A stretch of 64,000 nt of DNA, taken from Tubulanus polymorphus (Eukaryota > Animalia > Nemertea). Below, piece after piece: positions 55,401 to 64,000 of the stretch. Each line of letters starts with the position of its first letter. Within the stretch, counting starts at the first letter, position 1. The stretch is from assembly GCF_964204645.1 (NCBI RefSeq), contig NC_134025.1, positions 24,284,299-24,348,298 on the forward strand. The letters are read 5' to 3'. The notes under the pieces are model-generated. The model saw nothing but the letters and a program-made list of their open reading frames with translations, was not told the origin of the DNA and ran no database searches. The position numbers were made by a program, and so were the translations under genes.

Positions 55401-58400
55401 CTTCAGAAATGAGAACGGTGATTTAGCGCGTTTCGCGCTCTGTTTATCTGCAATTTGTTTTGCAGTATCTGTAAATTTATCAAGAATAGAAAATTTCGAT
55501 GAGGTCCTTTCCGGCTTTCCGGACACGCCAAGAAAGTCATTCGGGTCGGCGAGGTTAGTTTCGCTGTGAGTGCCGGTGATCGTCAATGACGGACCTGTCG
55601 ACTTATCTGGTGTCAGCGAATCGTCCATCGAATGCGCGAGTTTATTTTTGAATACGCGACGTCTGCTGTTCGCTTCGATTGTCGAATCGTCGGAGAACGC
55701 ACTGCGCTCGAGGTCATGTTTCCGGTCGCCATTCATCATTCCATGAAATTCGTCATCTGCAAAATGAATTCAAAATGTAATTTCTCGCATATTCTTCTAG
55801 GCCGAAGCGTTGCAGTTCATCGGACATCTAGAGCTGATTGCTTGTTTGCGGAGAACACATGTACCGGTAACTAGAAGCGTGAAACCGAAAGGATTACTGA
55901 ATAAAGAGAGAATTGTAAAAACAATGCGGGTGTTGAGTTACATTGCAAAAGCTGAAAAGATTTGAATACTAATAACCAACTAGATAACTGTAGCTGACAT
56001 AAATGAAATAAATAAGTTAAAATCATCAACACGTTTAGATCAAACACTCCTATAAAGGCTTAGACCGAGTGGTTTTGTTATCCGCGACTAATTCGGCGTG
56101 CACCACTTGACAAAAGCTTAGAATTGATTTTACGAGAACTTCAAGAATTTCGGGAATTCATTTTTGGAAAATCATGCAAACAGTGCCGACCGAAACACCA
56201 AGGACAATGAGTAATTTCATCGAAAGATAAAATCTGAATTTCTTAAACAATCGAACTGCAAAAACTGTGATGAAATGACTTGTTACAACGAATTCAATGA
56301 CTGAAATGCCGCAAGAAGGAATGTGTGCCAAAACCATTTATGTACGAGATATTATCTACTTACGACTTCTATTTTTGCGTTTGAAAGCTCTCAAAGATGC
56401 AAAACGCTTTGATTTGCGAAGTTCAGGCTCATCCAAGCTATGGCCATGAACAAGCCTCCTCAATGTGGCTATCATGCATGCAGGAAAATAAGGGTGAATA
56501 TAGGAACATAAGGTATATGATATTTTCTATACTTCATAGGTTAATAAATCATGAAAAATATAATATTACTGTGTTAAATTAAAGCTAACGCATCGTTAGT
56601 AACAAATTAAACAAAAATCCATAGTTTGTTATATTTTGAAACATGAGGGCGGTGATTCTTTTCCATTTTAAGAGATAGGTTTACACCTGGTAGATAGATT
56701 CTACTTATAATGAATCTGTACTTAAATCTTAGAGAAAAAGTAAGAATCTAAACACCTTTATACCAGAAAATATGAAAGTTACAAAGAGATGTTGACTCGA
56801 TTTCAAAGTTTTAACTAAACCATTCCCTTTTTAAAAGAAAAAGCAACAGTGAACAGTTTTCATTGTTAAGGGCCACGATAGAAAAGAAATAGCAGCATAA
56901 TGGTCATCTTCATAAGACAACTAGCTCATGAATATGAAGAAATAGAAAGTCCGGCTTCATATGCTTTATAATGACTAGATTGTTTCACTTACACTATACA
57001 TTATGTGGGAAACTTATTGTACATTGATTGCCACTGGGTAAACTTTTAAATGTTTTCTGTATGAGTAATTCAACCATGAAAATGCCTGAATCAGAAACTC
57101 TTTCCAGAATCTATTTAACAAACTCTCTACTGTCATCTACTACGGAAATATAGCGTAAGTGATAACACAACTGGGTATATTTTTTATGTTAGATCCATGT
57201 ACAACAGTTAGAAATAAGACAGATCGAGAGACGACCCACCAGAGCCTGAGCTCAACGGCTCGTCAGATGATTCACTCGTAATTGCGCCGTCTGCTGCAAA
57301 AATGAACAATTTCAAAACATACCTATCAGATGAGAGAATAAACATGCAAAAGGAGGATGCATTTAGTGCGTTTGGGATCTATGAACATGCAGGTATTTGC
57401 CAGCCTCTCTCGTAGGGTTTTGAAACCTGATGGCATCGCGAGATTCAGCCATGACATGAACCCCTGCCTGATTAGCCCAAGTGCACAGGTACATGCATAG
57501 ATTAGCCACACAAAAACGTGATGCGCCAATCAGATTGCAAGCTGTATAATCACCGAGACAAATTTACATGCATAACTGAAATGTCATAACCCGGGGTAAA
57601 TAAAACAGGATTTCTGATTGAGTAATGATGGTATTATCTAAGCTGTGCATGTATCCGCATACTTGGGCTTATCAGGCAGGATTTCGTGCTGTGGCAGTCT
57701 CTGATGCCATAAGGTTTGAATCCCTGCCGATTGAGGATATTTGCAGGTTTATCTGCCTTCAGTTACATTCATCTTCATAGACACGAATAGGAGATACATG
57801 TATATAATGCAACTCATATAAGCATTACGAAACACATCAGGATTTAGGGTTTAATGATTGGAACATACATATACAGTGACATTGTATTGGGGGGTACAAA
57901 AGATATGAATATCACATTGTAAAATATCTTACCAGCTATAACACGCGGCGCTCGCTCAGTTGCCGGATTGCTAATACTAGCATCTCCGTATCTTATCGCG
58001 TCACTGCCAGGTGGTTCTTCTTTGATATTCATTTGACCGCGGCGGAGATTTTCCATATTCATTCGGGCATCGGTGTTGGCGCCATCCCTGAAATGTACGG
58101 TGTGGTGTCCACTGTGGATTGAAGAAATACGGGCCTTATGAGTCAAGTATACAGCGATGGACATTGCAGCGTATCTTTGTGGAAAATAAGTGTCAGCAAT
58201 TTTCCTTTTCAATAGTTAGATATGGCAGATATCATTTCAAAGTAGGAGCCTTTGTATGGTGGAATTTGAAAATAAAATTGTGAATAAAATTGTACTGTTG
58301 CTCGTAATCTATCTTCAAAAGATTGAAATGATTAAAAAATACCAGATCATCTTTCTACAACAGTTATAATTTCAGAAAATCCACTTTTCAGCTTTATACG

Positions 58401-61400
58401 AATTCACACAAGCTTTATGTTCCACAAACAAATTTATCTTTTACATAGTTACTGTATACAAAGCATGAAAAAGTGATAATCTTACTAATTTATATTGTTG
58501 ACGAATGCCAATGAAATGTAGAAAACTCAAAACTATGAATATTAGCTGGCCTATTACAGAGTCATGCCAAAGACATACATTCAGGACAAATTTTCTATGA
58601 TTTGCTTGAAGTAGTCATGCTAGCTCAATGTGCACCAGACTTTCCTTCTCAACAATTTTTATACGTAATATTTCATGTCTGGTGAACACATGACTTAGCT
58701 CATAAGCAACTCAATTAACAACAAAGCTATGACAAACAAGTACAAGAAACAGACGGCCATAGCGAACTGTAAGACAATGACAATACATTTGACATCTAAT
58801 AGGCGAAGCAGTTCAGATGTGAACATACTTACACTGCTGAATCTGGGTAACCGATGCTAAATTTTGCCCGTAAGCTGCAATAACAGTTGCACATTGAGAT
58901 GTGAATATTAATTCATCAAGCGCGTAAACAGAAAGGAAAAACCCAGGACATTGAAACATTGAATTTACATACTAACTGGTAGTTGAAAACATAATTCAAT
59001 GTACCATAGAAGTAAAGTATTTCATTTAGTAGCAGAGAATTGACTTATGTTTGACGTGTTATAATGAGTAGTAGTTATGGAGCTTCCTCGGTGAGCGTAA
59101 GGTTTAGGATGCAAGCTGGAGGCATGAAATGACATGATACTGAAGAGTTGAATACATTAGGAATGCTCTACACTACATATGTCCATCACTGCACAGACTC
59201 TACTGGCTAAAAACATAAAATAACATTTAGTGAAATATCATACAAACAAAATAGACCATTAATCTACAGTGGATAAACTAGGAAAGCATATACAAAACTT
59301 ACGAATATGTGTAGAGCACAAAATCATTATTGTGTTAACTACAAAAGTCTAACCGTAATTTCTATAACGATAGACTACTACTAACAAATTCTTTATCATG
59401 CAATATATATCTTGGAAAATAAAGAAACTAAACATCTAAGCTGTATGTAAATACAATGAATATGTATACTATAATGTGTGCTCTTACAATACATGTAAGG
59501 GTTTCTGGGTGTAAATAAATCCCACAATACTGGGGGTTCAGGACCACAAAGCCCACTTAGTGAAATACTTGACAATCTGAGACGATTTCTTCAATATGCA
59601 ATTCCCCTTGTGAAGAAATACACTAAACAATGGCCATAAAAAACTACTATCATAGAGCATGTCATGAGCTACAATTTTGCAATTGATTGTGGTTACTAAT
59701 ATGCATATAGGTACCAATATATACATGGAAATACTATGTTATTCTGCTATCAATGCCCCTTGGTGAACATATACAAAATCCAATAAGTATAAACCAAATC
59801 AAGACATGTATTAATGAAATATCAAGAACACCTGTTGAAGTGTATTCAAAATGTCCCAACAATAACTGGATTCTATTTATGGATGACAGATGAAAAGTGA
59901 ACACAATATTCTGCTGGGGCTATGCCCAATTGGGCTAAAAGTGAGTCTGAAATGTTTCCTTGAGCTTGTTTTTCTTTTGTATTGTGGGATTTCTATATTA
60001 CTGTTACAACAGGGACAGTGTTTCATCAAGGCTATAAGGGTTTCTGGGATTTGTTTATCGCTTACCGCATAGCAGCTTGGCCAACTTTAACAGGCATACT
60101 CAGTCGCAGAAATTCTAATCGCACCTTCTCCAGAGTTCCAAATGTTTTCGATACAACTCTCAAACAAGGCGGGGCATTTTGACTAGAAATAACAACCAAA
60201 ATATACATCATTTACACATGAATAAACCTGAAATGAGAAAAATCATTTCAATCCTTAAAGGATGAAACCTACCCGCCTGAGATACGGCTCACTTCAACAC
60301 GTGGATGATGTTTGACAGGCACGAAAACTGCCTTATCCATTCCATACCAGAGAGTCATCTGTCTTGTCATATTACTGGAAATATGAATATAAAACACCAA
60401 AGCAAACTTACGATTGACAGTACTTTGACAAGATAGACAGGTACAGTTACACAGATTTGACAATTACTTACACGCAGAATGGTTCATATCCTTCTTGAAG
60501 GCCACAGCATGTAAAAAATTTCAATGTGTTTACATCTTGGCCGAAGTTGAGCTTTGCATGTTGACAAGCGCCTATCAGAACAGCGGGAACGTAGCCGCAA
60601 GAAACATCGATTCCTTTGAAAGCGATTTCCTGCCCCATAGCATCCATCATCAATTCACCATTCAGAGAATAACCTTGATTTACAAGAATTCAGAATTTGA
60701 GAATCTTTAATTTTCTGAGCCCTGAGCTCTTAGGTCATCCACTATTTTGATTAGAACTTACTGATAGTTTTGTCAGTCATATCCAGCATACATCCAATAA
60801 CATCACCGACTTGCCAGATTTTACCATATGGTTCAGCACCCATATGCCATTTACAGGCCTGTAAAATGTGAATAGAAATTCAGAAATTATTCAAAAGATT
60901 ATGAAAGAAAATGCTATGTTGGCCATGTTGGATTGACAATATTCATTTCATGTCTTATTCAAATCAGTAAACTGTACCTTGAAGCCATCAAACAGATACG
61001 CTTGATCATCTGCACCCAGTTCATGGTTTGGTCTGACGGTGGTCTTAGCCCAACCTAATCTCATCAGACCTGGGGTTACCACTTCAAATTCATAATACCT
61101 GTGATAAATACATGAAAACCGCTTAGAACAAAAAAATGATTATCAATTCATTTACATAGTTATCTTCGATATTTACCATTTTCCTTCATGTATTGCATAG
61201 GTAAGTTCAGCACGATATATTGTGTAATGCAACTTCTTTTCAGGCACTTCTCGAGCAACTCCTGCAGAATTTACACAATCATTGTTTTTTAAATGTGAAT
61301 ACTAACACACTTGGAGGTTATACTTCTTTTATGAAGCAATTAATCAGTTTTTTACGAGCATATCTAACATTCAAAAAAGTGGAAATTCAATATCTCTTTA

Positions 61401-64000
61401 CTAAAGCGTCTAGACATATGTTAAATTTTTGCTCATGCTGACACTGCACAGTATATATTGTAGCCTGCAAAAGCACTACATGCTTTGAATTGTAAAGTCT
61501 ATCTGTTTGACTGAAGCTATGTTTTACATGAAGACGGTATGCTCTGGAAGGTTTGATGAATTTGTTACTTAGTTAATTGATGAAGTATCACTGTTTGAAG
61601 TACCTGGTAGTAGACTTCAGGTTACGTTTAGAAGGATAGCAAGTGTGGTCCAGATGGAATTTTTTGAAATTGAGAAATGGAAAATTGAACAAGAAATAGA
61701 AATGGAATAGAGAAAAGATAGGATTCTATGTATGCCATGTGTTTTGGTATTGAAGTGAATACATGGTATTTTGTTAGAACGCTAAGGATGCGCCAAAACT
61801 ATAAAGCAACAAAATGCAAGAGAGGTCTACATCTCTAAGATGATCTACTGTAAGGAATTTGAAAAAAATCATCGCAATTGACATGAAACCCCTCTTGTAA
61901 TTGCCAGCAGTGGGTGGTACAGATCGAAAACGGAAAATGGGATTGATTTGAGCAGCCCAACATTTTACCTGGTGGGGTGCTTCCGGCTGTTGTAGTTGTT
62001 GAATGTAACATGTCATGAAGAGGAAGAGAAAGAAATAAATGGCAAAATATACATATATATATAGAGAGAAATTGATCAATGTGCAATTCTATTAATAAGC
62101 AGACCAAATTCTCTTCAAGAATGCTTATAAATGCACAAATTATGAAATACAAATGGACATAGAGAATGCAGTCGTAATAGATATAATCCAAAATGCCCTT
62201 ATCGAGTCTTCAACATATGATATGAACACTGTCTGAGCATCAGATTACTTGAAATCGTTCAATAAAATTTTCTTTACCGGTTTCTCCTGCTTCATTCGTT
62301 GGTGGTTCCAAAATATATCCATAAGCCATCAGCGTACGTACAGACTCACTTGCCGTGTCCCTACACATATACACAAGTCAAGAAAATCCAGAATTACGTA
62401 TTTCCTGATGAATTATCTTGTGATATTTTTGAAACAGGTATAGTACTAATATACGTTACCGATTTGCTTTTTTGATCGAATCATCAACTTTACTATAAGG
62501 CACTAGATATGGAGTTCGTCTATGAGTGGGATCCTCTATAAGACCGTACGTCCAGCCTTGTTTGATGCGGTCTCGTGCCCATACATTGTGCGTATTCTCC
62601 GCTAACAGATCAACAAGCTCCTCCATTTTATCGTTCATATGTATACCAGATAGGTCAAGAGGTGTTGGCTTGTATCCATTTGACTGGAGGTAACTAAAAG
62701 TCAATGAGATATACCAGTAAGTAACATTTGAACAATTTATAGAGCACAATAAAAATTCATAAAATGATTGATTTTTAACTCACTTGTTTGCAAGCTTTAA
62801 TGTCTTCAGGCGTGGATTCTTTTTCTGGTCACTGTGATCGACAGAAATGTGGTAGCCCAATGCCATCAATGTTCTGCGTATCAAATAATTTGAAATTTAG
62901 TAGGATACTCAAATCAAAACCAAATATTATCATTAACAACAATTAATACTGATTCTCACCTGAGAGTTTCATAGGCTAAAGTGATATCGTATTGCCTTTC
63001 ACTGGACGGCAGCCTCTCAAAAGTTGTCAGACATGGATGCTTCTTCCTTTGGTCATCACGTCTCTGAGTAAAATATTATTGATTCGGGTTAGATTGATTA
63101 GCATAGGTTTTTCGATAAGAAATCAATATTTGGAAACTAATTTGCATCACATACCTCGCTGTAGTTCCAACCTTGATCGATCTTATTCATAGACCAGAGT
63201 TCATGTATATTTTCAGCCAGCTTGTCTCGTACTGATTCAATGAATGTTGGCAGTTGAATCTAAAATTTCATAAGGAATATATAGAACTCTAGATACATAT
63301 ATATGAACACAGATTTGAAGTTTCATCTACTCTGCATTTGAGTTCTGCAAAAGACATACATGTGAAGTATCAACAGGTTTTGGGATGAAAACCACATGTT
63401 CCGGTGGTTCAGCTGGTCCGCTTATGATGCCTTTGCTGTTGTCACCAAAGTGAAAGCAAGGTTGAATTTTCAACTTTTGTTTCGGCAGGAGTGATTCGAA
63501 CACCGGTGCAAATCCATCGGGTGGCCCGTATTTCAACTTGCCATGTGATCCACCAAGGATGAAACGCATTCTATGAACAAAATAAACAAAGATGAATTCA
63601 TTGGACAATATCTTACCATGACACTTGTCAAGACACCTAGAAACTGAGACCATATATGATTCACAAGTATGATACTTACCCAACCTTTGCGGACATACTA
63701 ACAACCGGAAAGAACATGCCAGTGTTTTGTACGTTGAAGTCTCTGAAAAGACCTTTTGTCATGATTCCATTGACAGAAAATGTAATTTGAGGATTAGCTA
63801 GATCTAACAGGCAGCCAACGATGTCCCCTTTCATCAAATACTGATGGACAGAGCGGGCTTTCTTTGGAACACCGCCTAAAATGAAATGCATAAATACTTG
63901 AGCGATTCAGAATGGTTACAATGAATGCTAGAGGCTTGTTTATAAAAGTGGGGAATATTATTACCTGTCCAAAGATTCTGTCCATCAAATCCCCATGAGA
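21747..64000 (-). CDS. RyR: Ryanodine receptor (intracellular Ca2+-release channel), 5'-partial, multi-exon gene
   Basis: Spliced translation gives diagnostic RyR motifs in the correct order: WGFDGQNLW (SPRY1), LAENIHELW and [10 protein letters not shown] (RY repeats 1-2), WYYEFEV (SPRY2), [56 protein letters not shown] (CaM-binding), [11 protein letters not shown]-hands, [10 protein letters not shown] (pore), KCFICG..H....[16 protein letters not shown]. About 90 exons with GT-AG boundaries and consistent phases. Stop TGA at 21747-21749. Confidence 0.99.
22522..25435 (-). CDS. RyR: RyR exons: transmembrane S1-S6 and pore
   Basis: Exons 25349-25435, 24851-25267, 24624-24757, 23816-23876, 23592-23738, 23183-23314, 22848-23004, 22522-22586; [70 protein letters not shown]. 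Confidence 0.97.
24480..24497 (-). CDS. RyR: Candidate RyR microexon in S2-S3 loop (LIRIFRC replacing F)
   Basis: 18 nt, cattccag acceptor, GTG|GTAAGA donor, phase 2>2, open. Confidence 0.55.
25528..27773 (-). CDS. RyR: RyR exons: auxiliary hydrophobic segments and divergent region 1
   Basis: Exons 27570-27773, 27136-27363, 26746-26925, 25528-25612 (TAGTAG tandem acceptor); phases consistent between the conserved flanking exons. Confidence 0.85.
26231..26410 (-). CDS. RyR: Candidate RyR cassette exon in divergent region 1 ([28 protein letters not shown])
   Basis: 180 nt, ttctcag acceptor, TG|GTATGT donor, phase 2>2 matching the host intron, open frame. Confidence 0.7.
26517..26676. mobile_element. 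pogo/Tigger-like MITE in RyR intron
   Basis: ta|cagtcaacccttga ... ttaagagttgacta|tg terminal inverted repeats with TA-type flank. Confidence 0.7.
27890..28766 (-). CDS. RyR: RyR exons: EF-hand 2 and U-motif/thumb-and-forefinger
   Basis: Exons 28605-28766 ([13 protein letters not shown]), 28335-28491 ([16 protein letters not shown]), 28104-28202 ([11 protein letters not shown]), 27890-27984. Confidence 0.95.
29856..29935 (-). CDS. RyR: RyR EF-hand 1 exon, variant B ([26 protein letters not shown]), mutually exclusive paralog of 30350-30429
   Basis: 80 nt, tgtag acceptor, GA|GTAAGT donor, same length and phases as variant A, aligns residue for residue. Confidence 0.9.
30350..30429 (-). CDS. 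RyR: RyR EF-hand 1 exon, variant A ([26 protein letters not shown])
   Basis: 80 nt, tttacag acceptor, CG|GTTCGT donor, phase 0>2; canonical 12-residue EF loop. Confidence 0.9.
30787..34981 (-). CDS. RyR: RyR exons: calmodulin-binding helix and core solenoid (RIH-associated)
   Basis: Exons 34869-34981, 34655-34748, 34329-34559, 33483-33582, 33003-33082, 32696-32772, 32459-32613, 32274-32362, 31801-31929, 31499-31603, 31330-31411, 31136-31206, 30787-30852; [60 protein letters not shown]. Confidence 0.95.
34120..34140 (-). CDS. RyR: Candidate RyR microexon (IKLHAMK)
   Basis: 21 nt, ttttctgcatgcag acceptor, AAG|GTATTT donor, phase 0>0. Confidence 0.6.
35061..42574 (-). CDS. RyR: RyR exons: bridging solenoid 2
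   Basis: Exons 42334-42574, 42004-42236, 41668-41906, 41439-41520, 41233-41259, 40665-40813, 40361-40553, 40133-40248, 39875-40050, 39633-39791, 38876-39148, 35319-35378, 35061-35207; [71 protein letters not shown]. Confidence 0.93.
39243..39500. mobile_element. Dispersed MITE-like repeat, copy 2 (intronic)
   Basis: Left end caggggcggatgta is the inverted complement of the right end of copy 1; colinear similarity with 13919-14156. Confidence 0.75.
41263..41346. repeat. Two imperfect ~41-bp tandem copies in intron
   Basis: aaaat.gacac.ttg.agtca.ga.taaa.a.tgaaatcat repeated twice. Confidence 0.75.
42702..46474 (-). CDS. RyR: RyR exons: RY repeats 3-4 (phosphorylation domain)
   Basis: Exons 46396-46474, 46179-46268, 45935-46066, 43639-43710, 43449-43524, 42702-42825; [49 protein letters not shown]. 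Confidence 0.93.
43267..43278 (-). CDS. RyR: Candidate RyR microexon (VTPE)
   Basis: 12 nt TTACCCCTGAAA, cattctag acceptor, A|GTAAGT donor, phase 1>1. Confidence 0.65.
44495..44524 (-). CDS. RyR: Candidate RyR small cassette exon in phosphorylation loop ([10 protein letters not shown])
   Basis: 30 nt, tatttcag acceptor, CAG|GTATAT donor, phase 0>0. Confidence 0.7.
46583..50893 (-). CDS. RyR: RyR exons: bridging solenoid 1 (includes second RIH domain)
   Basis: Exons 50769-50893, 50461-50609, 50140-50323, 49792-49921, 49402-49641, 49092-49317, 48563-49004, 47342-47562, 47136-47226, 46859-46990, 46583-46746; [56 protein letters not shown]. Confidence 0.95.
48196..48213 (-). CDS. RyR: Candidate RyR microexon (RRIEQQ)
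   Basis: 18 nt, poly-T + gcag acceptor, CAG|GTACAA donor, phase 0>0, in a 1-kb intron. Confidence 0.65.
50980..53034 (-). CDS. RyR: RyR exons: handle/junctional solenoid
   Basis: Exons 52953-53034, 52759-52880, 52394-52643, 52091-52240, 51900-52012, 51764-51813, 51531-51629, 51347-51445, 50980-51238; [47 protein letters not shown]. Confidence 0.92.
53164..54334 (-). CDS. RyR: RyR exons: SPRY3 core
   Basis: Exons 53924-54334, 53599-53779, 53432-53518, 53164-53350; [46 protein letters not shown]. Confidence 0.93.
54590..54646 (-). CDS. RyR: Possible RyR cassette exon ([19 protein letters not shown])
   Basis: 57 nt, ttttcag acceptor, weaker CC|GTATAA donor, phase 2>2, open, Ser-rich like neighbouring exons. 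Confidence 0.4.
55393..58087 (-). CDS. RyR: RyR exons: low-complexity divergent region 2 (DR2-like) inserted in SPRY3
   Basis: Exons 57933-58087 (phase 2>1), 57240-57293 (54 nt, phase 1>1, CAGCAG tandem acceptor), 55393-55756 (phase 1>2, ends [11 protein letters not shown]). Phases link 60066 to 54334 without stops; sequence is Ser/Asp-rich and supported by splice signals and frame rather than by homology. Confidence 0.8.
56364..56468 (-). CDS. RyR: Candidate RyR cassette exon ([35 protein letters not shown])
   Basis: 105 nt, atgatag acceptor, C|GTAAGT donor, phase 1>1, open. Confidence 0.7.
57388..57757. repeat. Long imperfect inverted repeat (~145-bp arms, ~80-bp loop) in RyR intron
   Basis: cctgcctgattagcccaagt / acttgggcttatcaggcagg, aaacctgatggcatc / gatgccataaggttt, tacatgca / tgcatgta and caatcaga / tctgattg, all in nested order. 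Confidence 0.85.
58833..58874 (-). CDS. RyR: Candidate RyR cassette exon ([13 protein letters not shown])
   Basis: 42 nt, ttattgcag acceptor, GT|GTAAGT donor, phase 2>2, open. Confidence 0.65.
60066..61261 (-). CDS. RyR: RyR exons: SPRY2 and start of SPRY3
   Basis: Exons 61177-61261, 60978-61098, 60762-60858, 60472-60673, 60273-60374, 60066-60182; [58 protein letters not shown]. Confidence 0.93.
61969..61986 (-). CDS. RyR: Candidate RyR microexon (AGSTPP)
   Basis: 18 nt CCGGAAGCACCCCACCAG after a pyrimidine tract and aacag, donor CAG|GTAAAA, phase 1>1. Confidence 0.6.
62278..64000 (-). CDS. RyR: RyR exons: end of SPRY1 and RY repeats 1-2
   Basis: Exons 63965->64000, 63680-63875, 63360-63570, 63155-63259, 62960-63063, 62784-62873, 62460-62693, 62278-62360; translate to ..[67 protein letters not shown]. 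Confidence 0.93.

Noticed and set aside
61604-61614. 11-nt unit after a long pyrimidine tract
   Set aside because: Frameshifting; alternative boundaries give a stop or a weak donor.
21723-63988. Plus-strand ORFs overlapping RyR exons
   Set aside because: Antisense shadows of the RyR coding frame.

Overview
Eukaryotic, AT-rich invertebrate-type genomic DNA; not prokaryotic, so most ORF-track entries are fragments of exons or noise. Positions ~20.2-64 kb carry the 3' part of a minus-strand ryanodine receptor (RyR) gene. It runs from SPRY1 through the RY repeats, solenoids, EF-hands, pore (GGGIGD) and C-terminal zinc finger to a TGA at 21747-21749. I traced it by hand as about 90 GT-AG exons that keep one reading frame; the N-terminus lies beyond the right edge. 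The longer introns hold a rich candidate alternative-splicing layer: two paralogous 80-nt exons each encoding EF-hand 1 (mutually exclusive by frame), several frame-preserving 12-30 nt microexons, and cassette exons in the divergent regions. Directly after the stop, TGA-GAA-TAG is followed by a GC-rich hairpin and 101 more in-frame sense codons, a candidate double-stop readthrough or editing extension. Positions 1-20 kb contain no gene I can recognise. They are visibly CpG-richer and carry MITE-like elements (one nested), a tandem duplication, microsatellites and an RFX X-box cluster. All coordinates were read manually and could be off by a few bases.
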